A stretch of DNA of 64,000 nucleotides from Candidatus Kapaibacterium sp. (GCA_963665665.1 OY762428.1:2080001-2144000), one strand, 5' to 3'; shown: positions 41,204 to 51,750, counted from the stretch's first letter. The notes: generated by a model not told the origin, from the letters alone. Numbers and translations: made by a program.

Positions 41204-42349
41204 ATGAAATTACGATTGCTATACCTTACCTACTCTGTGCCGCGCCCGTCTACGCCTCTGTCCAGTGCTTTCAATATGAACAGGATCAGGGAGTTAAAAA
41301 GAAGGAACAATATTGGGCTGTATGCCCTGAGTTTTGAGCATTTTGTTAAATTTCATAAATATAGATCGAATTATAATTTTAGCGACCTGGGATTTGACTT
41401 TGACCAGGATGTAAAATGCCTGCTTAAGGTTGAAAACCCATATAGCTATATGGATATGCTAAGGCCTGTTAACACGTTCAAAATTTATAAATTTTATAAA
41501 GAAAATAATATTAACCTGATTCATGCACATGTTCTGCGGGATGGATATTACGCACATCTTGTAAAACGGAAGCATCCCGGTGTTAAGTATGTCCTTACTG
41601 TTCACGGAAGCTATATTGCATATTTGCCATTCAGGTCTGAAAGGATCTAAAGAATAACTTTGGAAGTATTGGAAAGTGCTGATAAGGTTTTTTTTGTTTC
41701 TAATTTTCTTTTAACTACTGCAAGAAAACTTGGTTATAAAAGTGATAACTATATCGTTATAAACAATGGCTATCCGCCTGATATTTTTAAATTTGATAAT
41801 AAAAAAGAAAGCAAATATCCGATTATAGGTTTTTGCGGCAATTTGAATAATGTAAAGAATGTTGTTTCTCTTGCAGGCATTTTTGAAATAATAAAAATAA
41901 AATTTCCCGAAGCAAAGATGCAGATAATCGGGCAGGGGACAAAATTCCGGCACATTTCCGAAGATTTTAAAAACAGGGGCTTAAGTGAATTTGTAAGTTT
42001 TACAGGAGGAATCAGGCAAAAGGAGATTGCCGGATATTTTTCCTCTATGTCAGTTTTGCTGTTGCCAAGTTTCCGCGAAGGATTCCCGACTGTAGTTGCT
42101 GAAGCCATTGGCTCCGGACTTCAGGTAGTCGGGTCAGATATTGGAGGTGTGCGTGAAGCGGTTGGTGATTGTGGAAAGCTGGTAGATCACGGGGATGATT
42201 TCGAGAGAAGATTCGCGAAAGCAGCAATAGAATTAATTCAAAGGCCTGTTAACAAACAGATTATCAGGAAAAGAGCAGATGAGTTGACATGGAAAAATAT
42301 TATTGATAAGGAAGTTGAAGTATATCACGAAATTTTGGGCCATGGATAA
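41204..42349 (+). pseudogene. Glycosyltransferase family 4 with an in-frame premature TAA (41648-41650)
   Basis: The two ORF-track pieces share a frame (RSERI*RITLEV); EGFPTVVAE motif. Confidence 0.8.
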
Positions 42350-42461
42350 CATCAAGCCATGAAACCTTTGAAATTATTTACTTAATAAATTATTACAGCA
42401 ATGACTGAAAAGAATATAAATATTGATATTGAGTATGGTTTAGATTCGAGATATTAATCAA

Positions 42462-42985
42462 AGAAGAATCAGCACTGGGAGGGGTAGGATGAGAAGATAG
42501 ATGAAGAAGATAAAGAATCAGCACCAGGATGAGTAGGATGAAAAAGAAGGATAAGAATCTGAACTGGGATGGGTAGGATGGGAAAGGATGAGTGGGATGA
42601 TGAGTATGAGAATATTTTTTCATCTTAATCCTATAATCCTGAAAATCCTATAAATCCTAGTTCTGACTTGAGGGATGATGAAGAAGATAAAGAATCTGCA
42701 CTGGGAGGGGTAGGATGAGTGGGATGATGAGTATGAGAATATTTTTTCATCTTAATCCTATAAATCCAAAACATCCTATAAATCCGAGTTCTGACTTGAG
42801 GGATGATGAAGAAGATAAAGAATCTGCACTGGGATGGGTTGGATGAAAAAGACAGATGAAGAAGATAAAGAATCAGCACTGGGATGGGTTGGATGAAAAA
42901 GACAGATGAAGAGGATAATATTTCTTTATCTTAATCCTATAATCTTAAACATCCTATAAATCATAGTTAAGACAAGAGAAAGGAT
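42462..42985. repeat. GxxExxY-associated repeat array 2 (3 cores, last one degenerate)
   Basis: Core ends near 42660, 42788 and 42966. Confidence 0.93.
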
Positions 42986-42991
42986 ATTACA

Positions 42992-43372
42992 ATGGAAAAT
43001 GAGGAATTAACTCATAAGATAATTGGCTGTGCTATGAAGGTGCATTCAATTCTTGGAAGTGGATTTCAGGAGGTGATTTATCAGCGTGCATTAGGAATTG
43101 AATTTAATAACGCAAATATTTCCTATCAAAGAGAATTTGAAATGGAAATATATTACGAAGGGGTTCATATTGGTAATAGAAGGGTGGACTTTTTCGTTGA
43201 AGATACTGTTATGGTGGAGATTAAGGCAGTCTCCAAGCTTGAAGATGTCCACCTTGCTCAGGCAATAAATTACTGTGAGGTATATGGCCTTCCTTATGGA
43301 TTACTTTTAAATTTCGGATCCTCCAAACTCGAATTTAACAGAGTGTACAATTTGAATAAGAGAAGAAGATAA
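42992..43372 (+). CDS. GxxExxY protein (PD-(D/E)XK nuclease fold)
   Basis: LGSGFQEVIYQRAL, RVDFFVEDTVMVEIKA, QAINY and GLLLNFG motifs. Confidence 0.92.
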   Translation: MENEELTHKIIGCAMKVHSILGSGFQEVIYQRALGIEFNNANISYQREFEMEIYYEGVHIGNRRVDFFVEDTVMVEIKAVSKLEDVHLAQAINYCEVYGLPYGLLLNFGSSKLEFNRVYNLNKRRR

Positions 43373-44128
43373 ACTAGGATGAGTAGGATGAAAAAGATAG
43401 ATGAAGAGGATAATATTTCTTTATCTTAATCCTATAATCCTGTACATCCTATAAATCCAAGTTCTGACTTGAAGGATGGGGTAGGATGAAAAAGATAGAT
43501 GAAGAGGATAATACTTCTTTATCTTAATCCAATAATCCTGTACATCCTATAAATCCAAGTTCTGACTTGAAGGATGGGGTAGGATGAAAAAGATAGATGA
43601 AGAGGATAATACTTCTTTATCTTAATCCTATAATCCTGTACATCCTATAAATCCAAGTTCTGACTTGAAGGATGGGGAGGATGGAGAAGATAGATGAAGA
43701 GGATAAAGAAGACAGAGGGGTAGGATGAAAAAGACAGATGAAGAGGATAAAGAAGACAGAGGGGTAGGATGAAAAAGAGAAATGAAGAGGATAATATTTC
43801 TTCATCTTAATCCTATTAATCCTGTACATCCTATAAATCCGAGTTCTGACTTGAAGGATGTAGAGGATGAAAAAGATAGATGAGTAGGATAATATTTCTT
43901 TATCTTAATCCAATAATCCTAAAAATCCAATAAATCCGAGTTCTGACTTGTGGGATGATGTAGAGGATGAAAAAGACAGATGAGTAGGATAATACTTCTT
44001 CATCTTAATCCTATTAATCCTGTACATCCTATAAATCATAGTTCTGACTTGAAGGATGGAGAGGATAAAGAAGACAGATGAAGAGGATAATGTTTCTTCA
44101 TCTTAATCCTATTAATCCTGAAAATCCA
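43361..44128. repeat. GxxExxY-associated repeat array 3 (6 cores + 1 partial)
   Basis: gttctgacttg at about 43461, 43559, 43657, 43843, 43940 and 44041; partial core at 44101-44128. Confidence 0.95.
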
Positions 44129-44174
44129 TTTGTTACTTTTTTGTATGAGTTAACAAATGTTTTTTTATTTCTAA

Positions 44175-45035
44175 TCAGCCCTTCTGTGTCAGAAGCACCC
44201 CGCTAATTGCAATTATACCCCCAACAAAAAAAACAGGCGTAAGTACGTGGCCAAGGAAGATCATTGACAATACAGTTGTAAAAATTGGCTGTAGATTATT
44301 GAAAACAGCAACTTTACTTGCATCCAGCCTTGATAGGGCATAGTACCAGAGCCCATAGCCAAAAGCTGATGTCATCACGGCAAGGAATACAATTTTCAGC
44401 CAGTCTGTGGCAATATATTCAGCAGGTGCAAAATCCGGGGATATCAGTAAATATTCCGGCATATATGTAACAAATCCGATGATCATTGTTATTCCGGTCA
44501 TGTATAAACCGCCATATTTTTCTACCATTTTCTTTCCTATGGTAGTATAAAAAGCAAAGGATACACTTGCGGCCAGGGCCAGCAGATTCCCGGCAAAATG
44601 CCCGGAATTAAGGTCAATACCCTTCTCAAATAATATCATAGATGTTCCTGCTATAGCTGTAAATATCCCGGCTGTTTTTCTCCATGTAACTTTTTCTTTT
44701 AGAAAGGCCATAGATATTATCAATACAAAAGCCGGCATAATAGCATAAGCAAGCGCTACATTCGGGGCACCGGTCATCTTGATACTTGTCAGGAAAAGGA
44801 ACTGATTGATAGGAACATTCAATATCCCCAGTACAAGGCATGTCAGGTAATCTTTTTTTTCAATTTTTTTCTTACGCAGGTTACCAAATTTTATCCAAAC
44901 AATAAATATTAAAGCAGCAAATAAGGAACGAAAAAGTAAAATGGTTTTTGGGTCGATCCTGTCGGTCAGGTCTTTAGCTATAACGTGCGAGCTGGAAGCC
45001 GTAAACTGCTGAATAACTATCAGTATCTCAACCAT
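44175..45035 (-). CDS. DMT/EamA family transporter
   Basis: About 10 TM segments, duplicated EamA pattern (FLKEKV, NLQPIF). Confidence 0.88.
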   Translation of the reverse strand: MVEILIVIQQFTASSSHVIAKDLTDRIDPKTILLFRSLFAALIFIVWIKFGNLRKKKIEKKDYLTCLVLGILNVPINQFLFLTSIKMTGAPNVALAYAIMPAFVLIISMAFLKEKVTWRKTAGIFTAIAGTSMILFEKGIDLNSGHFAGNLLALAASVSFAFYTTIGKKMVEKYGGLYMTGITMIIGFVTYMPEYLLISPDFAPAEYIATDWLKIVFLAVMTSAFGYGLWYYALSRLDASKVAVFNNLQPIFTTVLSMIFLGHVLTPVFFVGGIIAISGVLLTQKG

Positions 45036-46173
45036 AATTATTAATTATCCTGATAATTTTTTCAGCCTGGTTTTCATAAGAATATTCCTTCGAAGCAATT
45101 TCAGCTTTTTTTTGAAATTCTTTGCTGTTTTTCATCATTGCAAGTTCCATTATCGCACATGCCATATCAAAAGCAGGGGCATTATGATCTATGATAATAC
45201 CCGTTCCTGTCGTTTCAATAAATTTTCTCATTGCAGGAAGGTCTGATACCAGCGCGGGTATCCCGGCCATTGGATATTCAAACAATTTGTTTGGTAATGC
45301 CATTTTGTAGGAAAACGAAACCGGCTCGATAAAACACAGCCCTATATCGGCGGAACAGGTCCAGTTATGAAGGTTATCATAAGGCACGGAACCAGCAAAG
45401 ATTACTTTTTTACTAACATTTAATTTTCCTGCGTAATTTCGTACTTCGTTTTCAAAACTGCCTTCTCCTGCAAGCACAAGCACAAAATTCTCCAACAAGG
45501 CCAGTGCTTCCAAAGCAGGGATAATACCACGGCCCGGAAGTATCATCCCCTGATATAAAATAATTTTGACATTATCGGGGATTTTAAATTTTTTCCTGAT
45601 GACATTAGTATTTGATTTCTCCCGAAAAGGAGGAAGGTTCAATATTGTGTGGAATTGTTTATTAGTTTTGAAATGTTTTTTCAGGTATTGGCCGTCCATA
45701 TCACCGGATACTACGAAGGAATCTACTTCACGAACAAGTTTCTTTTCTACTTTTGTAATAATACTTTGCTTCAGCGGACTATTATGCAGAGGCCCGAGCG
45801 CGGAATATATTTCACGCGAATCGTAAAATATTTTACCTCCTGTTTTCTTTTTAAATTTTCTTGCAGGACAAAGAGAATACATATCCCCGGCCCAATACAC
45901 GGAAGCATTAATTTTGGGAAGATATTTTGCAGCTTCCCTGTTGAAATATTTCCATTGTTTCAAAGCGCGACAATTGCCCGGTTCATCTATGTAAAAGAAA
46001 TCAATTCCATACCTGGAGAATTCAGCTTTATCTGATTTACTTCCAAAAGAAATACATGCAATTTCCTTTTTTGCGCCGGCCAGTGATCTCATTATATTCA
46101 GAGACCTGGCATCGTTAAGCAGCCTGCCCATAAAAAAAAGGCATATATCATAATTTTCCGGCAAACTGCTCAT
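45028..46173 (-). CDS. Glycosyltransferase family 4
   Basis: YDSRE, LYQG..PGRG and ALPNKLFEY motifs. Confidence 0.88.
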   Translation of the reverse strand: MSSLPENYDICLFFMGRLLNDARSLNIMRSLAGAKKEIACISFGSKSDKAEFSRYGIDFFYIDEPGNCRALKQWKYFNREAAKYLPKINASVYWAGDMYSLCPARKFKKKTGGKIFYDSREIYSALGPLHNSPLKQSIITKVEKKLVREVDSFVVSGDMDGQYLKKHFKTNKQFHTILNLPPFREKSNTNVIRKKFKIPDNVKIILYQGMILPGRGIIPALEALALLENFVLVLAGEGSFENEVRNYAGKLNVSKKVIFAGSVPYDNLHNWTCSADIGLCFIEPVSFSYKMALPNKLFEYPMAGIPALVSDLPAMRKFIETTGTGIIIDHNAPAFDMACAIMELAMMKNSKEFQKKAEIASKEYSYENQAEKIIRIINNYG

Positions 46174-46341
46174 ATATATCTTATTCGATTTATTAATCTA
46201 CAAAACCAATAAAAAGTTCAGTTAATTAGTAACAGCAATTTAACCAATTTTCCAAAAAGTCCCGGTATTTGTTTTGTTAAGATCATTCTGACAAAACTAT
46301 GCAGCAGACAACAACATAAATAATTTATAATGCCAAAAAAA

Positions 46342-46992
46342 TTAATCCTCGGATTTTTGAGGAATGATAACCAGCCTCATGGTTGAATATATTCCTTTCG
46401 GCAGTTCCTCAACGAGTTCTTTTTCCTCGAAAGAGCTTAACTCTATCTGATCTTTCACTTCCCGGCGTTCGAATTCACGGATCATATCCATACCTTCTTC
46501 AGGATTTTCAGCTACAAGGCTGTACATAGTTTTGAATGGCATAAGCTTGGGCCCGCCGGTTGTAGGGGCAAAATATTTACCGATAACTTCAATAACATAG
46601 TAGGCAGATTTATCAGAAAACTCACGGCTTATATCCCTTATCAGCCAAAGAGCACCTTTGTTCAGCCTGTTGAAATTCGCGGATTTGTATGCATATTGCC
46701 TGATCAAAGGATCTTCATTGTTCAGCTCCCTGAGTGCAGTTGCCATTAGCAGGTAAATATCTGAAATATCCCTGTCGCCTTCGCCTGTGGGTTCTTTCGG
46801 CAGTTTATCAATTGCTTCCGCTCCCAGCTTTGCCATTTCCTTGAAGTTTTTCATCTGGTAAAGTTCTGCAATATTTTTCAGATAGGATTTTTTCTGTTTA
46901 ATAACATCATCAGGATAGTTAGTTGTCAGCGGCCCGTCAAACATCGGATCATAACTTTCCATTGTATCTTTCATCACGTTTCCGTATTTCAA
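46342..46992 (-). CDS. Hypothetical protein (helical N-terminal part)
   Basis: 216 aa ORF collinear with its neighbours; no recognised motif. Confidence 0.65.
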   Translation of the reverse strand: MKYGNVMKDTMESYDPMFDGPLTTNYPDDVIKQKKSYLKNIAELYQMKNFKEMAKLGAEAIDKLPKEPTGEGDRDISDIYLLMATALRELNNEDPLIRQYAYKSANFNRLNKGALWLIRDISREFSDKSAYYVIEVIGKYFAPTTGGPKLMPFKTMYSLVAENPEEGMDMIREFERREVKDQIELSSFEEKELVEELPKGIYSTMRLVIIPQKSED

Positions 46993-47019
46993 TTACAAAA
47001 TTCTTTCTCAAAATTAATA

Positions 47020-47054
47020 AAAAACCGGTTAAAATCATTTTCCAACCGGTTTTT
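47020..47054 (-). terminator. Probable intrinsic terminator
   Basis: aaaaaccggtt...aaccggttttt inverted repeat just after the 47075 stop. Confidence 0.6.
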
Positions 47055-47074
47055 GATGTAATTTGTGTTGTTTT

Positions 47075-47800
47075 TTATTGTCCCATTGGTGCCGGTTTGG
47101 CATCTGCCGGCGGATCGAAATCGGCAGCAGACATTTTCTCGTTAAATTTCAGGCTGACAGTTTTAAAGTTAATTATTGCACCCTGCATTGTAATGTCAAT
47201 ATTAGTGGCAACAGTTGCGCCGTTGAAATTTTTATAATCTTTGAACTTTATAATAAAAACACCCTGGCTTGTTTCGGATTTTGCCTGAATCACAAACTTG
47301 CTGTCCTTTGCAACCCAAAGAGTAGTTTTAGAGCCGTCTTTTTCGGTAGCAGTCATTTTAAAGGCATCAATATTATCTATTGTTTCTCTTCCGGACATTT
47401 TCACTTCCGTACTGTCCCTGTCCAAATCGGAAAAAGGTGATTGATATAAAATTTCAAATTGTTTGAATTGCCCGGCAACATTCTCGTGAGGTAGCGTCAT
47501 TTTCTGACCCATCTGATCTACCCATCCTGTTTTGCCGTTAGTAGCCAAAGTTACTTTAACCCCGTTAGTTGTTTCTTCAACTTTGAATTTGTCAGGCATT
47601 AAAGCAAGAAAATTAACTTTCTTGACCATGCCCATCATTGTTACTTCGGCATTAAGAGTCACTGATTTCACATTATCCAGTATTTCAGCGCCGCAGGCTT
47701 CTTTATTCTCTTTGATAATTTTATCAACTTTATCAGCACTTGCCGATGTAACCATGAAAGCAAGCATTGCCAATGTTAGTAAAACTGTCCTTTTAATCAT
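47075..47800 (-). CDS. Secreted LolA-like/lipoprotein-sorting family protein
   Basis: Signal peptide (ASA), PDKFKVE, FKDYKNFNG and DFDPP. Confidence 0.65.
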   Translation of the reverse strand: MIKRTVLLTLAMLAFMVTSASADKVDKIIKENKEACGAEILDNVKSVTLNAEVTMMGMVKKVNFLALMPDKFKVEETTNGVKVTLATNGKTGWVDQMGQKMTLPHENVAGQFKQFEILYQSPFSDLDRDSTEVKMSGRETIDNIDAFKMTATEKDGSKTTLWVAKDSKFVIQAKSETSQGVFIIKFKDYKNFNGATVATNIDITMQGAIINFKTVSLKFNEKMSAADFDPPADAKPAPMGQ

Positions 47801-47837
47801 TTTCTTTCTCCGTTATAAATAAATATCATTTTTTATC

Positions 47838-47862
47838 GACGTAAAATTATTATACAAGTTGC
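47838..47862 (-). promoter_or_regulatory. Possible ECF-type promoter
   Basis: Minus strand GCAAC-N16-CGTC, about 40 nt upstream of ATG 47800. Confidence 0.35.
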
Positions 47863-47875
47863 ATGAATTACAAAA

Positions 47876-48718
47876 CTATATAAACTTTTTCAACTTATCA
47901 ATAAACTCATCGGCTTCAAGGCCTTTTATATAAAATTCTTTAAGGCTATCTTTATCAGGCAGGCCTTCCGGGAGTACTGATTTAAGCCAGTTAAGTTCAT
48001 TTTTCGAGAATGCAATGCCATCAAGGATATAATTTTCGAATGCTTCGTAAGTTAGTGGTACAGCAAGTTTCAGTATATCAGCAATAATATCGGCATAAAC
48101 CCTGATTTCGTACTGAGCGTGGCCGTCCATCCTGAGTTTCAGGAAATGAAGAAGGTTGTGAAGGTCAATTTTCCAGTACCATTCAGTATAGGTTGATAAT
48201 GGGAGGTTTATTCTGGAAAGTTCACGTGTTAAATCCAGCTCAAGGTAATCATTGTATTCCTTAAACAGGTTTTCCTGTGTATCAGACATCATTTTCTGTA
48301 CTTTTCCTGCTTCTCCATCACCAATGAGGTCTTCGGACCTTCCCTGGCGGTTCATAGTACTCTGGTGGCGCAACTGCGATAGTTCCGGGATGTAGAATTC
48401 GTCCTTCATTTCAGAATAACGCCCGCTGTATTCGTTTACATTTGCTGTCCTGTGGCGTATCCACTGGCGTGCAACGAATATTGGTAATTTCACATGGAAT
48501 TTCAGTTCAACCATTTCGAACGGGCTTGTATGCCTGTGTCTCATCAGGTAGCGGATAAGCTCGCGATCCATGCTGCGTGTTTTTGTACCCTTTCCGTATG
48601 AAACCCTTGCAGCCTGAACAATTGCATCGTCGCTGCCCATAACGTCAATCAATCTTACGAAGCCTTTGTCAAGGCATTTAATCTCTTTTCCGAGAATATC
48701 TTTTAGTTCTTCGTTCAT
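47876..48718 (-). CDS. thyX: FAD-dependent thymidylate synthase
   Basis: AARVSY, HTSPFE and RQWIRHRTANVNEYSGRY motifs. Confidence 0.95.
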   Translation of the reverse strand: MNEELKDILGKEIKCLDKGFVRLIDVMGSDDAIVQAARVSYGKGTKTRSMDRELIRYLMRHRHTSPFEMVELKFHVKLPIFVARQWIRHRTANVNEYSGRYSEMKDEFYIPELSQLRHQSTMNRQGRSEDLIGDGEAGKVQKMMSDTQENLFKEYNDYLELDLTRELSRINLPLSTYTEWYWKIDLHNLLHFLKLRMDGHAQYEIRVYADIIADILKLAVPLTYEAFENYILDGIAFSKNELNWLKSVLPEGLPDKDSLKEFYIKGLEADEFIDKLKKFI

Positions 48719-48785
48719 TGCATCTATCTATTTTTGTTAATAAATTCTTCTTAAAGTATAGAACCGTCTCATTTGCTTGCTATAC

Positions 48786-48888
48786 AGTCACTCCTCGACA
48801 GGCCCCGATAGGATTAGGCAAGGTGAACGCAACAATGAATCTATGATCCGCTTGAATACCGGATTCTTCATTTCGTTCAGAATGACAA
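48786..48888. repeat. Isolated degenerate copy of the gtca...gaatgac REP-like element
   Basis: ggattcttcatttcgttcagaatgacaa matches ggattcttcagtcgc..ttcagaatgacaa in the 1.6-5 kb repeats. Confidence 0.55.
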
Positions 48889-48956
48889 AAAGTATGTATT
48901 TCAAATAGTGAGTCATCATTTTCAATTTTTTAAATATTTATAATAATCAAAAGTTA

Positions 48957-50198
48957 TTAAAAGAATACATCAAGAAATTTGTTGATCCTTGTATCATCAA
49001 CCCTTATAAGACAAAGCTGCTGCGAGCCGGCCAACGTCATTACCGAGCCTCTCTGATAGACAGGCTGAAGGTTGAAAACCGGAAAGTCCGAAAGTGATAT
49101 TATTTTTATAAGCCTACCATCCCGGCTGATAAAATAAGCTCCGAATTCGTCATTATTTCTGCCAATAAAACTAAGCTTATTCTCATCTATAGCAGGAGCC
49201 GAAGGTACTGCAACATCAAAATAGATGTCCCATTTCTTTTTCCCGTCCTTGTCGAAACAGAACATGCCGCTGTAAGCTTCACCCAGTCCGGAATTATAGC
49301 CAAGAACGAAAAAGTCGCCTTCATTTGATACGGTAATGTATCTGGCAAGTAAATTTAATTCCTTGTTGAATAATTCTTTTCCCTTTTTGTCAAGAACAAA
49401 AACTTTGGAGAAGCGGTTTGGGCCGACATCAAGCATACCTGAGAAATAAATTCTGTCTTCGCTGACAACTGGGTGTTTTATCAGCCTAATTCCGGGATAA
49501 AATTTCTTCCACAGTTCTTTTCCTGATTTATCAATACAAACCAGTGAGTCTGTCTGCCCGTTTTCGTTAAGTGTTGAAATTATATAAATATTTCCTTTAT
49601 TATCAGCAGAAAACTTTTTCCCGTAGTATGCATCGGTTCTTCTTTTCCAGAGCAGTTTACCGTTAAAGTCAAACTTAAGTAACTGGCCTTCTTCAGTAGC
49701 CGATAAAATACCGTCACTAACTGCCAGTAAGTCAGAAAAGATCAGATTCTTTTCATCGATATCAGGAATTTGCGTTTTCCATCTTTTTTTACCAAGAATA
49801 TCGTATGAGCATATATTACCCTTATTTGTTACCAGGTAAATATTCATTTTGTCATCGGCACACATTGCCGCAGCGGCAGTTTCACCGCTGTCAAGCTTTT
49901 GTTCCCATTTATAACGCCCGTATTCAGTAAGCACGATTGAACCTGCCGCAGTTGACATTGCAATAAATTCTTCCCCAATTGGCAGGGGAGGGAATTTTGC
50001 GCCGCTTTTATCATCAGCCTCGGGATAATCTGCAAATGCCAAAAAATACGGAACAGGCCCTGTTTCTTCGTAAGATCCGGTTCTACCGGGGTCTGAAGCT
50101 GTATTGTAAGGACCTTCAAAATCAGGTGATCCGCAGGCTGCGAGCAAGAATATCGATAATAATACCAGGTAATTGAATAGTTTGTATTTATTAATCAT
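48957..50198 (-). CDS. Lipoprotein with PQQ-like beta-propeller repeats
   Basis: LAAC lipobox; repeated D..GK..W blades. Confidence 0.8.
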   Translation of the reverse strand: MINKYKLFNYLVLLSIFLLAACGSPDFEGPYNTASDPGRTGSYEETGPVPYFLAFADYPEADDKSGAKFPPLPIGEEFIAMSTAAGSIVLTEYGRYKWEQKLDSGETAAAAMCADDKMNIYLVTNKGNICSYDILGKKRWKTQIPDIDEKNLIFSDLLAVSDGILSATEEGQLLKFDFNGKLLWKRRTDAYYGKKFSADNKGNIYIISTLNENGQTDSLVCIDKSGKELWKKFYPGIRLIKHPVVSEDRIYFSGMLDVGPNRFSKVFVLDKKGKELFNKELNLLARYITVSNEGDFFVLGYNSGLGEAYSGMFCFDKDGKKKWDIYFDVAVPSAPAIDENKLSFIGRNNDEFGAYFISRDGRLIKIISLSDFPVFNLQPVYQRGSVMTLAGSQQLCLIRVDDTRINKFLDVFF

Positions 50199-50408
50199 TT
50201 TATGATAATCTGTAATGGTAAAAAAACTAAATATAATTAAAAATGGACAGAACTCATTAATAAACTTTCACACTATTAAATATTATACAAATTGAATAAA
50301 TGATATTATTTTGAATGATAAGCATTTGTAATTTATTCAATTTATTGTTATATGTGCATTGGATTAATGAATATTGAAAAAAATGAAAATCACCAATCAG
50401 AGCTTGTG

Positions 50409-50663
50409 ATGAAACAGATACTTACCCTGATTCAATTTATTGTGATTATCGCACTAATGGCTATTCCCACAACTTGCTTGCCAGCCGACCAAAAGTTCCG
50501 GGCAGTTGAAATGACCTATACAGTAAGAGATTCGGAAGCAGGAAATCTTGAATTCAATAAAATGTTAACTTCTGAAGAAGCAGGCCAATACAGGATAATT
50601 GCCAATATTGGTTTTTTCAACGGAGAGCTTTGCAGATTTATAATTACTACAAAACGAAGTTAG
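50409..50663 (+). CDS. Small hypothetical exported protein, possibly a fragment
   Basis: MKQILTLIQFIVIIALMA signal-like start. Confidence 0.35.
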   Translation: MKQILTLIQFIVIIALMAIPTTCLPADQKFRAVEMTYTVRDSEAGNLEFNKMLTSEEAGQYRIIANIGFFNGELCRFIITTKRS

Positions 50664-50965
50664 ATGAGTCAGAAGAAAAAGAATGGGGTATGCAGTTGAT
50701 ATTTAATATTTTAATACTTATTACTTTTGTATTTTCAATGACTCTATTCTTTATCGCAAATGCACTTTATACATAATTTCGTTATCAGTTTTGGATATTT
50801 GTTCGGAGAGAAACTGGATGAAAAGTATAATAGACGATGATACAACTTAAATTATCTTAGATTCTCTATAAACCACCTGCCATAACAATAAACACAATAA
50901 TTATTTGTATTTTACGGAAATAATCCGTACATTAACTACTGAATATAGATATCAAGGATATAGCA

Positions 50966-51241
50966 ATGAAACAGAATACAGCAAGATTTGATGCAAGGTT
51001 GTCGGCAGAGCAGAAAAGTATGTTCGAAAAAGCCGCTGTTCTTGGCGGATACAGGAATCTGACAGATTTTGTAATAGCTGCCGTAAGGGATAAAGCAAAT
51101 GAAATAATTGAAAAGAATGAAAGCATAATTGCCTCGGAAAGAGACAAGGAAATATTCTTCAGCGCTTTAATGAATCCGCCGAAACCGAACAATGAACTTT
51201 TTGCAGCAAAAGAAGAGTATGATAATCTGGTAGCTGAATAA
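50966..51241 (+). CDS. DUF1778 RHH antitoxin
   Basis: ARFDARLS..LTDFV..ALMNPPKPN. Confidence 0.9.
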   Translation: MKQNTARFDARLSAEQKSMFEKAAVLGGYRNLTDFVIAAVRDKANEIIEKNESIIASERDKEIFFSALMNPPKPNNELFAAKEEYDNLVAE

Positions 51242-51750
51242 TGTACTTTACTCGTCCATTAGACCCAAAATATAACCGTGTTGAATTTTCTAGCGGTAAT
51301 GAACTATTGGATAATTATTTTAGGAGGCAGGCTCGGCAGGATGTAAAACGAAAGCTTGCTGCATGTTTTGTTATAATCGATGAAAAAAGTGGGAAAATAT
51401 CCGGATTCTATACTCTTTCAAGTGCAGGTATTGCACAGAGGTTTGTTCCGGATTCGTTTAGAAAAAAGCTTCCCAAATCGTATAACACTCTACCGGCAAT
51501 ACTTATTGGCCGGTTCGCAGTTGATATAGAATTTCAGGGTAGTGGTATTGGAAAACTATTATTGATTGACGCTCTGAAAAGATGCCACAATACATCTGAT
51601 TATATTGGAGCCTTTGCTGTCATTGTTGATCCGATAGATATGGAAGCCGAAAAATTCTATGAAAAACACGGATTTATTAAACTCCCGGATAGCGGAAAGA
51701 TGTTTCTGCCAATGAAAACTATTGAGAATTTGTTTGTAGTAAGAAATTAG
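51241..51750 (+). CDS. GNAT acetyltransferase toxin (TacT/AtaT-like)
   Basis: LIGRFAVD..QGSGIG and FYEKHGF; coupled to DUF1778. Confidence 0.9.
   Translation: MYFTRPLDPKYNRVEFSSGNELLDNYFRRQARQDVKRKLAACFVIIDEKSGKISGFYTLSSAGIAQRFVPDSFRKKLPKSYNTLPAILIGRFAVDIEFQGSGIGKLLLIDALKRCHNTSDYIGAFAVIVDPIDMEAEKFYEKHGFIKLPDSGKMFLPMKTIENLFVVRN

Noticed and set aside
39823-43829. Minus-strand ORFs such as MLILLFII...RTWIYRMFWINRIKMKK
   Set aside because: Translations of the repeat arrays; frames are not preserved between units.
39906-44128. CRISPR array
   Set aside because: Inter-core segments are low-complexity, mutually related, very variable in length and complementary to the core; no cas genes in the window.
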